64,000 nt of DNA from Patescibacteria group bacterium (GCA_041650755.1 JBAZKN010000001.1:4387-68386); one strand, 5' to 3'. Positions 28,963 to 39,406 are shown, counted from the first letter of the stretch. Notes: generated by a model from the letters alone, not told the origin. Numbers and translations: made by a program.

Positions 28963-29048
28963 GGGTCGGTACCGAAGCGGTCAAACGGGGCAGACTGTAA
29001 ATCTGCTGGCATTAGCCTTCGGCGGTTCGAATCCGTCCCGGCCCACCA
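28963..29048 (+). tRNA. tRNA-Tyr (anticodon GUA), long variable arm
   Basis: 86 nt; acceptor GGGTCGG/CCGGCCC, anticodon stem GCAGA/TCTGC with loop CTGTAAA, variable stem-loop GGCATTAGCC, T-loop TTCGAAT, CCA. Confidence 0.85.
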
Positions 29049-29128
29049 CTCGACTCCCCTGCACCATATGGTGTAGGGTCGCTCATAGTCTTCGACCACT
29101 CTATTGTATATCAGTGTATGAAGTCGAA

Positions 29129-29179
29129 TGTCCCGAACAGAGTCCTCGAGCGAAGTCGAGAGGGCGTAGTCGAGGGACA
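29129..29179 (+). repeat. 51-nt tRNA-trailer element, copy 2 (identical to 21394-21444)
   Basis: Exact 51/51 identity by eye. Confidence 0.85.
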
Positions 29180-29204
29180 CGAGATATTTCATATTAATTT
29201 ATAT

Positions 29205-29280
29205 GCCGTCTTAGCTCAGTTGGTAGAGCAACGCCATGGTAAGGCGTAGGTCCGCGGTTCAAGCCCGCGAGACGGCTCCA
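29205..29280 (+). tRNA. tRNA-Thr (anticodon GGU); integration target of island
   Basis: 76 nt; acceptor GCCGTCT/AGACGGC, anticodon loop ATGGTAA, T-arm CGCGGTTCAAGCCCGCG, CCA; 3' 46 nt duplicated at 43514-43559. Confidence 0.9.
29235..29280 (+). repeat. attL: 46-bp direct repeat (tRNA-Thr 3' portion)
   Basis: CATGGTAAGGCGTAGGTCCGCGGTTCAAGCCCGCGAGACGGCTCCA identical to 43514-43559. Confidence 0.85.
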
Positions 29281-29309
29281 TAAATACTGCAACTAATGTT
29301 GGAGTATTT

Positions 29310-30206
29310 TTGTTTATGAAAATCAGTCTACTTTTACAAGAGTTTTGTGATTATTCCCAGTATATTAGGGGATACGCGACTACTACAATAGGCCGTTATA
29401 GGAGAGTAGTATTGTTGTTTTGTAAATACGCCGGCATAGAAGACATAGAGGAGATAAATGAAAGTAATGTCAGGAACTTCTTTTTTAATGGTCGTACAGC
29501 CAAAAGTTGGTCTTCTAACACCTTTGTTTGCTATCACAAGACACTGGTGGTGTTTTTTCGTTGGTGCGTAAAGGAGGGGCATATGGTGGCTAATTTGGCC
29601 CAAGACGTAGAAACTCCCAGAATAGAGAAGAGATTGCCTCCCAAACTCACAAAACAGCAGGCGCTTAGGCTTCTAGAGGTCGTATATAATTATCCTTATC
29701 AATACAAGTTTTTGCATTTTAGAAACCATGCTATTTTTGCCACCTTTTTATTTACCGGTATCAGAAGAAAAGAACTATTAAACTTGAAATATACTGACAT
29801 TGATCTTGAGAATCTGACGCTTTATGTAAGGCAGGGCAAGGGCAGTAAGGACAGGATTGTGCCACTAAATTATAAACTAGCTTCAATACTCCAGAAATAC
29901 AACCAGGAACGCTCTAGACTCAATAAGACATGTCCAGAGTTTTTTACTTCCCTAAACCGTAATATGGGGTTTAAGCAGATCGGTTTAAGGCGTTTGGTTG
30001 AGCAAGTTAGAAAGGTTTCTGGTATTAGTTTTAACGTCCATCGCCTAAGACATACTTTTGCTACCCTAATGTTAGAAGGTGGCTGTGATATTTATAGTTT
30101 ATCAAGGATAATGGGCCATAGCGACATTAAAACAACAACTATATATTTGGCGGCTAGTGGGGAGCATTTGAGACAACAAATAATAAAGAATCCTCTCGAA
30201 ATTTGA
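29310..30206 (+). CDS. int: Tyrosine-type site-specific integrase (XerC/D family)
   Basis: C-terminal catalytic RxxR...HRLRHTFA...LMGHSDIKTTTIY pattern (R-H-R-Y). Confidence 0.9.
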   Translation: MFMKISLLLQEFCDYSQYIRGYATTTIGRYRRVVLLFCKYAGIEDIEEINESNVRNFFFNGRTAKSWSSNTFVCYHKTLVVFFRWCVKEGHMVANLAQDVETPRIEKRLPPKLTKQQALRLLEVVYNYPYQYKFLHFRNHAIFATFLFTGIRRKELLNLKYTDIDLENLTLYVRQGKGSKDRIVPLNYKLASILQKYNQERSRLNKTCPEFFTSLNRNMGFKQIGLRRLVEQVRKVSGISFNVHRLRHTFATLMLEGGCDIYSLSRIMGHSDIKTTTIYLAASGEHLRQQIIKNPLEI

Positions 30207-30267
30207 ACCATAGACACTTATTGACTAACTCTCTTTTTAGGGCCATAATTAAAGCAAAATCTTTATT

Positions 30268-30909
30268 ATGGCAGTACCAATACCTCCACCAGATACATCT
30301 CAAACAACTTCCCTTATTGAGATACTAAAGCAGTTGGTTGGTTTAATTTTGGGATTATTGGGTGGAATTACTATTGAATCTACGTTGCATATCAGTCAAA
30401 AAATTATAAATAAAAATAGAATTAATTCGAAATCTAAAACAGGAGACCATAGTCCAGTAACGAATGTAGGCGTAACCGGGAATGATAATCAAGTTACTGT
30501 GAACACTAACAATGGTTTAGATAACAATGATCAAATAGATCAGGAAAAACTTTTTATCGGGAATGAAATAGATAAAATACTTATTTATAGAAAAATTAAC
30601 TTATTTTTTAGTCCTTGGTATAGGCAGGCTTACGTACAGTTAAATAAACATCTAGTATGTGCATCTGCTGCAGAATTTGCTAGGGCATTTTCAATAATCA
30701 AAGGGATATTTCTTGATCAGAATACTTATGACGGAGTTTTTGATCAAGAGGCACTTTCAATGATGGAGCACTCTTTTAATGAAATTGATAAATTCGTAAT
30801 TGATCAATCTAGTGACGAAAAACTGCTGTGTGGCATTATTAAAAATTTTGAAGCCGCTTTTTTTAGGTTAAAGAAGAATATAAATTATGAACCAGATAGA
30901 GTTACATAA
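30268..30909 (+). CDS. Hypothetical protein with N-terminal TM segment
   Basis: 213 aa; TM LIEILKQLVGLILGLLGGITI; end overlaps next ORF start. Confidence 0.55.
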   Translation: MAVPIPPPDTSQTTSLIEILKQLVGLILGLLGGITIESTLHISQKIINKNRINSKSKTGDHSPVTNVGVTGNDNQVTVNTNNGLDNNDQIDQEKLFIGNEIDKILIYRKINLFFSPWYRQAYVQLNKHLVCASAAEFARAFSIIKGIFLDQNTYDGVFDQEALSMMEHSFNEIDKFVIDQSSDEKLLCGIIKNFEAAFFRLKKNINYEPDRVT

Positions 30910-33868
30910 TAAAATATTAAAGATTTTAGCGGGTAATATTGGGGAAACAGATGCTGATGAGATTAAAAGCATAATTTCAACCAACGATGATGCTAGAAGA
31001 TATTTTTTCAGTAAGGCCGATGAAAAATGGCTTGTTTGGTTGTGGCAAAATGGGTTCATGGATGCCATTAAAGAAAAAATAAAAGATTCTTCATCGTATG
31101 CATATGCTAGCTCAGAACTAAATTATTTAGTAAAGGTAGCTGAAAAAGTTCCTGACGAAACAGCAAAAATTATATTGGAAGTGCCTGTTGAAGAAGGCTT
31201 TAACTCGGAAGTGGTAGATAGATTTTTATGGATTTGTAGTACAATGCCTGCACCGCAGCTTTCTAGGATAGTGCCAAAAATTCTAAATGAAAATTGGGTG
31301 ATTTTGATGAGCAGATTTAGAGATTGGGGGTTTGAATACGATAAAATGTTTCAGATCCTCGAAGGTGCTAAAGATTATGAAAGTATATTATTATTGGCCG
31401 AAGCTGTTCTATCAGTTAAGTCTCAAGAGGAATATCAAAGAGATGGTGTTTCGAGAGAGAGTCCATTTTATATAGAAAAATTATTCTACACAAAAGTTTT
31501 TGAACATCTTGTCAAATTACCAGTTAGCCATATAGAAAGAGCTTTGTCTTTAATAAATAAAACGATATTAAAAATTTCACTTATTAATTCGGAAGATAGT
31601 AGTAGCACTTTTTCAATTATTGATACTTTTTCTTATGGTATAGATTTTTTTTCTTTGAATCTTGGGGAGAATAAGCATGATCGATTTGGTGGAGATGTTC
31701 AAAATTTAATCGCTGCACTAAAACTGTTTTTAGAACGTTTCGTAAAAGATTGTATCAACAAAAGTGAAATTGAAAGGATTTATAATGAGTATATTTTTAC
31801 TTTACCTTCTTGTGAAGCAATGTGGCGTTTTCGATTATTCGCGCTTAATTTATCTTCTGAAATCTTCCAGAATAGTATAAAAGAGGAACTATTTTCTCTT
31901 TTCAATGGGAATCCATATGATAAATTGATTATTGAGTATCAAAAGTTATTAGGCTTGAATTTTTCCAATATGGCAGAAGTTGACAAGCGTAGTTACGTCG
32001 CTCAAGTTTTCGAATTTTTCGGAGCAAAAGTGGCAGATAAGAAAGAGCTTAAGTGGAATAAACAACGCGGATTAGAACTTTTGTCAAATATTTGTCGATA
32101 CTTAACTGATGAAGAGCTTTCAAAATGTGAAGATGTATTTGAAAAACAATGTATTCTTGACTATAAACCCGAGCCACTATTTCGCAAATTTTTCGCTGGA
32201 ACCGTAACTCCGATAGGTCCAATTAGCGCCGAAGAATTCACAAAATTTTCTATAAAAGAGATTGCGGAGAATTTGCGAAATAATTGGAGTCCGAAAAATT
32301 TATATAATAAATATAAAAATGATGATTTCCTAAAACCACGTAATGCTGAAGGAGTAGGTGAAATCTTAAAAAGTGATATATCTAAAAGATTGCAAGATTA
32401 TGTCTCAAATGCGGATTTATTTTTTGATCCTCAGTCTTTAGCGCCGCATTATTCTTATTCATTCTTTAGAGGTATTGAAACGGCAATAAAGGATAATATA
32501 GATACTGCAAAAAAAGTAGACTGGAGTATTTTAATTTCATTTTTAATTCGTATAAGAGGATTAGGTCAAGAAAATTTATCGAATGACGAAAAAGAAGAGA
32601 GAGAAGAATTTGATTCATGGTTAGCTGGATGGGATTCGGTGCATTCAGCTATAGTGGATGTTATACAGATTTTGATTGGTGAAGGAGAGGAAAAACATAT
32701 CATAAATTTTCCTAAGTATAGAGAGAAATTAATTCAGATTATAAGTTATTTACTTGAATATAAAGATCCAGTGCCCTCTGACGAAAATATTGAGACTGCC
32801 AAAATGAAAACTAGTGGAAGAGGCTCCAAAGATTACTTTGTAAGCGATCCATATTCGATGGCCATAAATACTGTTCGTGGAAGAGCATTTCAAGCACTTG
32901 TACTTTTTGTATATAGAGACGGCAAAGAGATAAGTAAAGATATAAAAAAAGAATACGAAACTGTTTTGAAAGACGAAAATACTCGCGCATTAATGTTTAT
33001 GTTCGGGAGATTTTTGCCATCCTTTTATCTAAGAGATAAACAATGGATTAAGGGTTTGTTGGAATTTATTTTTCCAATTGACCCAAGCAAGAATAATCTA
33101 TATTTGGCAGCATGGGAAGGCTATTTGACTGGCCCATTGTATGAACAAATTTTTGGAGATGAAGATTTTCAAAAACTATATTATAGAGGTTTGAGTGCAA
33201 ATAGTGGTCAGGATACTCATAGAAAATACGTGAAAGCGCCGGAAGAAGGGATAGCCGATCATTTGGCATTGGCATTCATGCATTATGAAAAGTTTGGATT
33301 TAGGAACAACTTATTTCGTGAATTTTGGAAAAGGCAGAACACCCGACGTGATGAATTCATCAGGTATTTGGGCAGCTTGTATATATCTGGTAGTAATGAT
33401 AATGCTGATAAACTACTAATTAAAAATCCTTTAGCTAAAAAAAGACTTGAAAAAATATGGGATTATGTACTTCAAAACTTTGAAGATCCAAAATTGTTTG
33501 AAAATTTTGGTTTTTGGATGAACATTGAAAAGAATGTGTTTGATGAAAAGTGGCTGGCAAAAAATATTGCAAAGACTCTAGAGAAGTCAAAAGGATCAAT
33601 TACGTGGGATTATGGGTTAACAAAATCTATAACTAGGTTAGCAGAGATTGCTCCAGAAGATTCACTTTTAATAACAAGATATTTCTTCTTTGAAGGAATG
33701 AAAGAAGAAAAGCGTAGGCCATTTTATTTAGATGATGAATGGATACAAACGTTCAAAATTTTATATAAAAATCCGATTACAAAACAGGGTACATACAAAC
33801 TTATAGATGACCTTATTCGTGAAGGTGGTAGCGTTTTTTGGAAGTTAGAAGATTTATTCAATTTATAA
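30887..33868 (+). CDS. Large hypothetical protein (993 aa), predicted all-alpha, no recognisable catalytic motif
   Basis: Long uninterrupted ORF, no Walker or nuclease motifs seen by eye; island cargo. Confidence 0.7.
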   Translation: MNQIELHNKILKILAGNIGETDADEIKSIISTNDDARRYFFSKADEKWLVWLWQNGFMDAIKEKIKDSSSYAYASSELNYLVKVAEKVPDETAKIILEVPVEEGFNSEVVDRFLWICSTMPAPQLSRIVPKILNENWVILMSRFRDWGFEYDKMFQILEGAKDYESILLLAEAVLSVKSQEEYQRDGVSRESPFYIEKLFYTKVFEHLVKLPVSHIERALSLINKTILKISLINSEDSSSTFSIIDTFSYGIDFFSLNLGENKHDRFGGDVQNLIAALKLFLERFVKDCINKSEIERIYNEYIFTLPSCEAMWRFRLFALNLSSEIFQNSIKEELFSLFNGNPYDKLIIEYQKLLGLNFSNMAEVDKRSYVAQVFEFFGAKVADKKELKWNKQRGLELLSNICRYLTDEELSKCEDVFEKQCILDYKPEPLFRKFFAGTVTPIGPISAEEFTKFSIKEIAENLRNNWSPKNLYNKYKNDDFLKPRNAEGVGEILKSDISKRLQDYVSNADLFFDPQSLAPHYSYSFFRGIETAIKDNIDTAKKVDWSILISFLIRIRGLGQENLSNDEKEEREEFDSWLAGWDSVHSAIVDVIQILIGEGEEKHIINFPKYREKLIQIISYLLEYKDPVPSDENIETAKMKTSGRGSKDYFVSDPYSMAINTVRGRAFQALVLFVYRDGKEISKDIKKEYETVLKDENTRALMFMFGRFLPSFYLRDKQWIKGLLEFIFPIDPSKNNLYLAAWEGYLTGPLYEQIFGDEDFQKLYYRGLSANSGQDTHRKYVKAPEEGIADHLALAFMHYEKFGFRNNLFREFWKRQNTRRDEFIRYLGSLYISGSNDNADKLLIKNPLAKKRLEKIWDYVLQNFEDPKLFENFGFWMNIEKNVFDEKWLAKNIAKTLEKSKGSITWDYGLTKSITRLAEIAPEDSLLITRYFFFEGMKEEKRRPFYLDDEWIQTFKILYKNPITKQGTYKLIDDLIREGGSVFWKLEDLFNL

Positions 33869-33912
33869 GATTATTATACGAAAGATAACTTGCATATTCT
33901 TTTATTTGTAAT

Positions 33913-34476
33913 ATGGTTGCCGCCAAAATTAAAGATCTAGCTAAAAAATTATTGGCCGAAAAAGATTTTGAAAATATCTTAAAGTTGATAGAAGATTTTA
34001 ATCAGCCACAATGTAGAAGAAGAGCCAGAGATGAATTAATGGCATTTGTTGGCGTCGTGCCAAAGAGACCATTGTATTATGTCGTCGCCAATATTATTCA
34101 TCTGCCTGATTTTGGAACTAGAGATATAATCCGTTATTTAGGAGATTATATTGACCAGATAGTTAGGTTTACCCTGGAAGAAAAAAATTTTTTGTCGAGA
34201 TGGTCGAAGAGGCCGCTCGGACCAAACATCATAAAATTAAAAAAATATATAGACAATGACCTTTATGAATGTTTGTGTTTATTTAATTTGATATATACGC
34301 AAGCAAAACATGACTTTAATCATTATAAAGACGAAAGCCTATTTGATTACAAGGACGCAATTTATGTGATATTTATTACTAAGCGATTAGCAAATAGATT
34401 ACTGCCCCTCTCTGAAAAAGCGAGAGATTATAATAATAGTGGTAAAACTCTTTATAAATACGATCCAGTGGAATAA
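33913..34476 (+). CDS. Hypothetical protein (187 aa)
   Basis: ORF with terminator-like hairpin downstream (AAATCGCCTAAATGGGCGATTT + T-run). Confidence 0.55.
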   Translation: MVAAKIKDLAKKLLAEKDFENILKLIEDFNQPQCRRRARDELMAFVGVVPKRPLYYVVANIIHLPDFGTRDIIRYLGDYIDQIVRFTLEEKNFLSRWSKRPLGPNIIKLKKYIDNDLYECLCLFNLIYTQAKHDFNHYKDESLFDYKDAIYVIFITKRLANRLLPLSEKARDYNNSGKTLYKYDPVE

Positions 34477-34665
34477 AATAAATCGCCTAAATGGGCGATT
34501 TTTGGTTTTTATAATTTTCAGGATTATTCCGCATATCTATTTCAAGAAGTAGTTGAAAAAAATTGATGAACTGAGTTCCTTGGCTGTATGCTTCCTCGCG
34601 ACTGATTTCTTTTCCGTGTACTTCTTTATAAATTTTTTGATATTCACTTATACTATCTTTGGGAA

Positions 34666-35112
34666 TCATTTCCCAATGTATTCTTTTATTGCCTGTTTAT
34701 AACCATCTCGCATATTTAAGCCATCTATTTCATCTATTGATACCCATCTATATTCCGAGTATTCATTATTTTCCATAATTTTATTTTCGTGTGAAATGCA
34801 GATATAAATTTTAACAGTAAATTGATACTGTGTTGCATTTACTTCTGAAGAAAAATTCCATGGTTCCAAAGCTGTCTTGATTTCAAAATTTTCCCAGCCT
34901 AGCTCTTCTTTGAGCTCTCTTTTCAGTGTTTTTTCTGGAGTCTCATCGTTCTCCATACGTCCACCGGGCATCTCCCAGACGCCCTTATGATCCTTCACTA
35001 AAAGGATTTTTTTATCCTCCTCAAATAGTGCTTTTACTGTGGTTTTTTCTATTTTTTTAGTCAAATTCATACATTGACATAGTAAACGTTTTCTGGTATT
35101 TTGTAAAGTCAA
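34666..35112 (-). CDS. NUDIX hydrolase
   Basis: Nudix box PGGRMENDETPEKTLKRELKEELGW (GGx5Ex7REuxEExGu); track start is TTG at 35112, alternative ATG at 35070. Confidence 0.85.
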   Translation of the reverse strand: MTLQNTRKRLLCQCMNLTKKIEKTTVKALFEEDKKILLVKDHKGVWEMPGGRMENDETPEKTLKRELKEELGWENFEIKTALEPWNFSSEVNATQYQFTVKIYICISHENKIMENNEYSEYRWVSIDEIDGLNMRDGYKQAIKEYIGK

Positions 35113-35151
35113 AGTCGTTTGACCATGTACCTTAACAAGGAGTAGATAGAC

Positions 35152-35958
35152 ATGAGGATCAAATATAGTGATCCGCAGGTCCAGTACGGGACTGCCCGTA
35201 ATCTACTCAACAGAGAGCTTGCTTGGGATAAATACGGCGTCGGCGCTGGTAAATATGGCATAGACTTCATCAACTTCGAGGGAAATGAGCTGGTACTTGA
35301 TGCCGGTTCAGGAACTGGAAGGGACGTTGCCATAATTAGCCAACGGCTGAACAAAGGCGGAAAAGTCTTTGCCGTAGACATCTCGCAAGCACTGTTGAGT
35401 ATCACCTGTCAGAGGGCTTGTAACACAATCACCACACCCCTGTGCGCTATTGCGTCAATTGAGAGTCTGCCTTTCGGCGATGGTCAATTTGATGTAGTAG
35501 TCGCCAAGCACGTCCTTAACCATGTCGATGATCTTGAGCGTGGAATGAGAGAAACACAGCGAGTAGTGAAGAGGAGGGGAAAAGTAGTAGTCACGACTGG
35601 CGTTAAGACGCCCGATGACGATCTGCTGAGAGTGTGCCACCAAGAAGCAATATCGCGTGTTGGCATCGAAACCACTGTGCGTCTTTCTCGTTCTCCTTTC
35701 CATTGTGGAAACGCTAGAGAGTACCTCAGTAGTCTCTTCGGAGACGTGAGATATCACTTCTACGGTTTCCAGATGGCGTTCCCTGACGTGGGTAGCTTCA
35801 TGTTGTATTACACGACACTGCCAAGCTTTCAGGAGTCCACCAGCGATCCGGCAACAAAATCTACTCTGGCGGCAGAAATGAGAAGCTTACTGGCCAGTAG
35901 AGAAATGCCGATCGTCTTGGATCGGTCACGCGGAACTTTCGTCTGCACCAAAATCTAG
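35152..35958 (+). CDS. Class I SAM-dependent methyltransferase
   Basis: Motif I VLDAGSGTGRD, acidic loop, motif LPFGDGQFDVVVAKHVLNHV; GC-rich; AAGGAG SD. Confidence 0.85.
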   Translation: MRIKYSDPQVQYGTARNLLNRELAWDKYGVGAGKYGIDFINFEGNELVLDAGSGTGRDVAIISQRLNKGGKVFAVDISQALLSITCQRACNTITTPLCAIASIESLPFGDGQFDVVVAKHVLNHVDDLERGMRETQRVVKRRGKVVVTTGVKTPDDDLLRVCHQEAISRVGIETTVRLSRSPFHCGNAREYLSSLFGDVRYHFYGFQMAFPDVGSFMLYYTTLPSFQESTSDPATKSTLAAEMRSLLASREMPIVLDRSRGTFVCTKI

Positions 35959-35970
35959 GAGGAGAGAGCG

Positions 35971-37053
35971 ATGTCAGTAAGAATCGGCATCGTCGGTGCA
36001 GGCGTGATGCTCAAGTACCAAGTAAACGGATTCCGTTTAGCTGGTGCTGAGATAACCTGCATTGCCGATCCAGACCAAGCTGCTGCCCAAAAGGCGGCTA
36101 CTCAGTGGGAGATTCCTCGGACCTTCACCTCTCTTGAGACAATGTTAGAGTCAGCATCTTCGGATGTTGACGCTATCAGCGTTCTCACGCCGCCGGTGTG
36201 CCACATGAACCTTGCAATCCAAGCTCTTCGAGCTGGAAAGCACGTGTTTTGCGAAAAGCCGCCGGCCATGAACGCTGGGCAGGTTCGAGAGATGGCAGAG
36301 GTAGCTCAGGCTTCAGGTCTTCATCTTCTGTTTGATTTCAACAATAGAGCGCGACCGGAAGCAGAGGAGATCATCCGACGTATTAACGAGGGATTCTTCG
36401 GGCGAATCAACTCCGCTCAAGCCGTTTGGGTTCGTAGATCAGGTATTCCGGCTTTCGGAAGCTGGTTTACAATCCGGGAGAAAGCTGGGGGCGGTGCGTT
36501 GATTGATCTGATGCACATGCTCGATTTGGCTCTGTACTTCATGGGTTACCCCAAGCCGAAACACGTGTTGGGTCAAACTTTTAATGACTTCATGGACGAC
36601 CCTTCACGCCGGGGAACCTACGGAGTAGCCAAGAGAGACGGTGCTGCAGATGTTGAGTCGAGTGCTCACGCCTTCATCACCTTCCAAACCGGACAAGTTC
36701 TTACAGTCCACACTTCATGGGCTGAGATGGTCCGAGAAGAGCAGTGCTTCGTAGTTCTCCAAGGTCAGAAACTCGGAGCTAAGGTTTCAAGGCTGTTTCA
36801 AAGCAATACCTGTGATAGCATCACCGGTACTTGCGAGCTGTACTCTCAGGAGTCAGGACAGCCGAGAAACCAAGGCATTACGGTGCCTTTCGACGGTTCA
36901 ATGGGACGCGTAGCTGCTGCAAGCAACTTCGTGGAAACTCTGCAAAGACAGGCTGAACCGCTGACTACTCCCTTTGAAGCCTGCAGGCTGATGAGCATCG
37001 TCGATGCCATCTATATGTCGGCTAAAAAGGGGGGGCCGGTGGAACTCGACTGA
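35971..37053 (+). CDS. Gfo/Idh/MocA-family NAD(P)-dependent sugar oxidoreductase
   Basis: N-terminal Rossmann IGIVGAGVM, conserved EKP motif (FCEKPPAMN); GGAGG SD. Confidence 0.9.
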   Translation: MSVRIGIVGAGVMLKYQVNGFRLAGAEITCIADPDQAAAQKAATQWEIPRTFTSLETMLESASSDVDAISVLTPPVCHMNLAIQALRAGKHVFCEKPPAMNAGQVREMAEVAQASGLHLLFDFNNRARPEAEEIIRRINEGFFGRINSAQAVWVRRSGIPAFGSWFTIREKAGGGALIDLMHMLDLALYFMGYPKPKHVLGQTFNDFMDDPSRRGTYGVAKRDGAADVESSAHAFITFQTGQVLTVHTSWAEMVREEQCFVVLQGQKLGAKVSRLFQSNTCDSITGTCELYSQESGQPRNQGITVPFDGSMGRVAAASNFVETLQRQAEPLTTPFEACRLMSIVDAIYMSAKKGGPVELD

Positions 37054-37073
37054 AAAGTCGGAAAGGAACTACG

Positions 37074-38249
37074 ATGTTTCGACGCATCATTATCTTAGTG
37101 ATGGATAGCGTCGGCATCGGCGCTCAGCCTGACGCAGCAGACTACAAGAGCGTTGGCGCTAATACCTTCCATCACGCAGCTGAAGCACACCAGGATTTCA
37201 GGGTTCCCAACCTTGAGAAACTGGGTTTCGGTAACATCGTCGGAGTAAGTTGTATCCCGACCGTTCATCGACCTCTTGCGCACTTCGGGCGCATGATGGA
37301 AACGACGTCGGGAAATGACACCTTCGCCGGCATCTGGGAAATGGCAGGCGTTACTTTTACAGAACGATTCGCATCGTTCTACCCCAAGATGTCGCTTGAC
37401 TTGGTGCAGCAAATGCAACAGGCCATAGGCACCCTTACGCTCTGTAACGCCTACATCTCTGGTTTCAAGGTGTTTGACGAATACGCCGACCAACACTTCG
37501 CAACAGGTCAGCCTATTGTCTACACCTGTGACGATGGGGTGGTCTTAGTAGCAGCTCACGAAGGTGTTGTTCCACCAGCTAGGCTACATGAGATTGCCCG
37601 GAAGATGTCTCGTTTCTTTATCGGGAAGAACGTCACGAGAATCATCGCCCGAGCTTTTATCGGTGAAAAGGATAACTTCGTCCGCACCGAGAATCGGGCC
37701 GATATTATCGTGCCGCTTAATAAGAGTTGTGAACACCTATTCCAACGGATTCGAGAAGTCGGAATGCCTTTTACGGCTACTGAACACCTCGCTTCGGTGA
37801 TAGGCAGTGAGTTCGTCACCGAAGTAATACCTGGGATTATGGATTCGGCTGGTGTTATGGATTCTGTCCTGGAATACCTGAGAGTTGGTAAAGATGGCGT
37901 GGCTATGTTCGTTGTGCCAGACTTTGATATGTCTGGCCATGCTCGTAAACCCCGTCAATACGCTCTCGACCTTATGTACTTCGATCAGAGACTTGGCGAG
38001 GTTTTGCCGATGATCAACTGCGATGACCTTCTGTTGATTGTGGCTGATCATGGCTGTGATCCGGTTATAGCAATTCGGGGGCATACTCGAGAGTACGTGC
38101 CACTTCTAGTACTGGATGGCAACGGTGGTTCTAGCTCAGACCTGGGAACCAGGACGAGCTTTGCCGATCTAGGCCAGACTATCTGTGGTTTGATAGGAGC
38201 CAATCCCATTCCTCTTGGCGAAAGCTTCGCCGGCATCCTTAAGGAGTGA
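37074..38249 (+). CDS. Phosphopentomutase-like (DeoB family, alkaline-phosphatase superfamily) phosphosugar mutase
   Basis: N-terminal IILVMDSVGIGAQPDA...GANTFHH matches DeoB N-terminus (VLDSFGIGA...GADTLGH); 391 aa. Confidence 0.8.
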   Translation: MFRRIIILVMDSVGIGAQPDAADYKSVGANTFHHAAEAHQDFRVPNLEKLGFGNIVGVSCIPTVHRPLAHFGRMMETTSGNDTFAGIWEMAGVTFTERFASFYPKMSLDLVQQMQQAIGTLTLCNAYISGFKVFDEYADQHFATGQPIVYTCDDGVVLVAAHEGVVPPARLHEIARKMSRFFIGKNVTRIIARAFIGEKDNFVRTENRADIIVPLNKSCEHLFQRIREVGMPFTATEHLASVIGSEFVTEVIPGIMDSAGVMDSVLEYLRVGKDGVAMFVVPDFDMSGHARKPRQYALDLMYFDQRLGEVLPMINCDDLLLIVADHGCDPVIAIRGHTREYVPLLVLDGNGGSSSDLGTRTSFADLGQTICGLIGANPIPLGESFAGILKE

Positions 38250-38251
38250 TC

Positions 38252-39403
38252 ATGCACGAAGAACCTTTGCTGGCAATAAACGGTGGAAAAGCCGTTTATC
38301 CAGGAAGCCTCAAACGAGGTCGGGTCTTCGGTGAAGAAGAGCGGCAGGCCGTCTGGGAGGTAATGGGAAAGGGCGTAGTCTCAAAAGCTGGCATGGGTGA
38401 AATGGTGCAACGGTTTGAATGGGAATTCGCCGCTTATCACCAGATGCCCTACGCCATAGCGACCACGTCCGGTACCAGTGCCCTTCACACGGCTGTCGAC
38501 GCTTTGCAGATAGGCCCGGGAGACGAAGTCATTGTCCCTGACTTGACCTTCGTTTCCACAGCTTCAGTAGCTTTACAAGCGGGAGCGAAAGTCGTCTTCT
38601 GTGACATTGACCTCGACACCTTCAACCTGTCCGTGACTGATCTCAAAGCGAAGATAACCCCCCGTACCAAAGCAGTGATCGTGGTACATCTGTACGGCAG
38701 ACCCGCCGATATGGACCAGATCCTGCAACTGACAACAAAACACGGTATTCGTCTGATCGAAGACTGTGCTCAGGCCCATGGAGCCACCATCTGCGGGCAA
38801 CTCGTAGGAACGTTCGGTGACTTGGCTTGCTACAGCTTCTATCAGACGAAGAACATGAGCTGTGGAGAAGGGGGAATGGTCATTACCGCTAATGAGGAGC
38901 TGGCTCAAAGATGCAGGTCTTTGACCCGACACGGACTTATCGGCGATGACTTGGGTGTCTACAACTACGATAAGCTTGGCTACAACTACGCAATGACTGA
39001 GCTTCAGGCGGCAATTGGTATTGTGCAGTTGCGTAAACTCGCAACTCTCAACCATTACCGTCGTCAGAATGCCAAGCTCTACCGTGAAGGGTTGGACACT
39101 CTCCCGTTGCACTTCCAGGAAGACGCGGATGGTCACGTGGACCACTGCTTGACTGCAGTTCTTCCAGCTGAACTATCGCGTGAATGGTTTCTTAAGGCTG
39201 TGAGAGCTGAAGGGGCAATGGTCAACTGCCTTTATCCGTTAGCATTGTCGAGAACAGCGATATTTGTCGGCTCCAATCAGCCTACAGTATCGCATCGAGT
39301 CGCGACGTCACTGTTCAACCTTTACACCAACCCTGACGTGTCCTACGCCTTCGTAGAAGTGTGTTGCACAGCCATACGCAAGGTGTTGGGCTACGGGAGG
39401 TGA
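38252..39403 (+). CDS. DegT/DnrJ/EryC1/StrS-family PLP-dependent sugar aminotransferase
   Basis: TSGTSALH, DEVIVPDLTFVST, PLP-lysine context SFYQTKNMSCGEGGMV; start codon overlaps upstream stop (AGGAGTGATCATG). Confidence 0.9.
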   Translation: MHEEPLLAINGGKAVYPGSLKRGRVFGEEERQAVWEVMGKGVVSKAGMGEMVQRFEWEFAAYHQMPYAIATTSGTSALHTAVDALQIGPGDEVIVPDLTFVSTASVALQAGAKVVFCDIDLDTFNLSVTDLKAKITPRTKAVIVVHLYGRPADMDQILQLTTKHGIRLIEDCAQAHGATICGQLVGTFGDLACYSFYQTKNMSCGEGGMVITANEELAQRCRSLTRHGLIGDDLGVYNYDKLGYNYAMTELQAAIGIVQLRKLATLNHYRRQNAKLYREGLDTLPLHFQEDADGHVDHCLTAVLPAELSREWFLKAVRAEGAMVNCLYPLALSRTAIFVGSNQPTVSHRVATSLFNLYTNPDVSYAFVEVCCTAIRKVLGYGR

Positions 39404-39406
39404 GTC

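Noticed and set aside
34487-34669. 60-aa minus-strand ORF immediately after the Nudix gene (ATGA overlap)
   Set aside because: This is possibly real via translational coupling. Its 3' end runs into the terminator hairpin of the convergent gene at 33913-34476, and I see no family resemblance. Left uncalled.
35109-35405. 98-aa minus-strand ORF overlapping the methyltransferase start and ORFs 35455-35757, 37095-37496, 37737-38084, 38573-39145, 39680-40153 (minus)
   Set aside because: These are shadow ORFs antisense to well-supported GC-rich enzyme genes. GC-rich DNA gives long spurious open frames.
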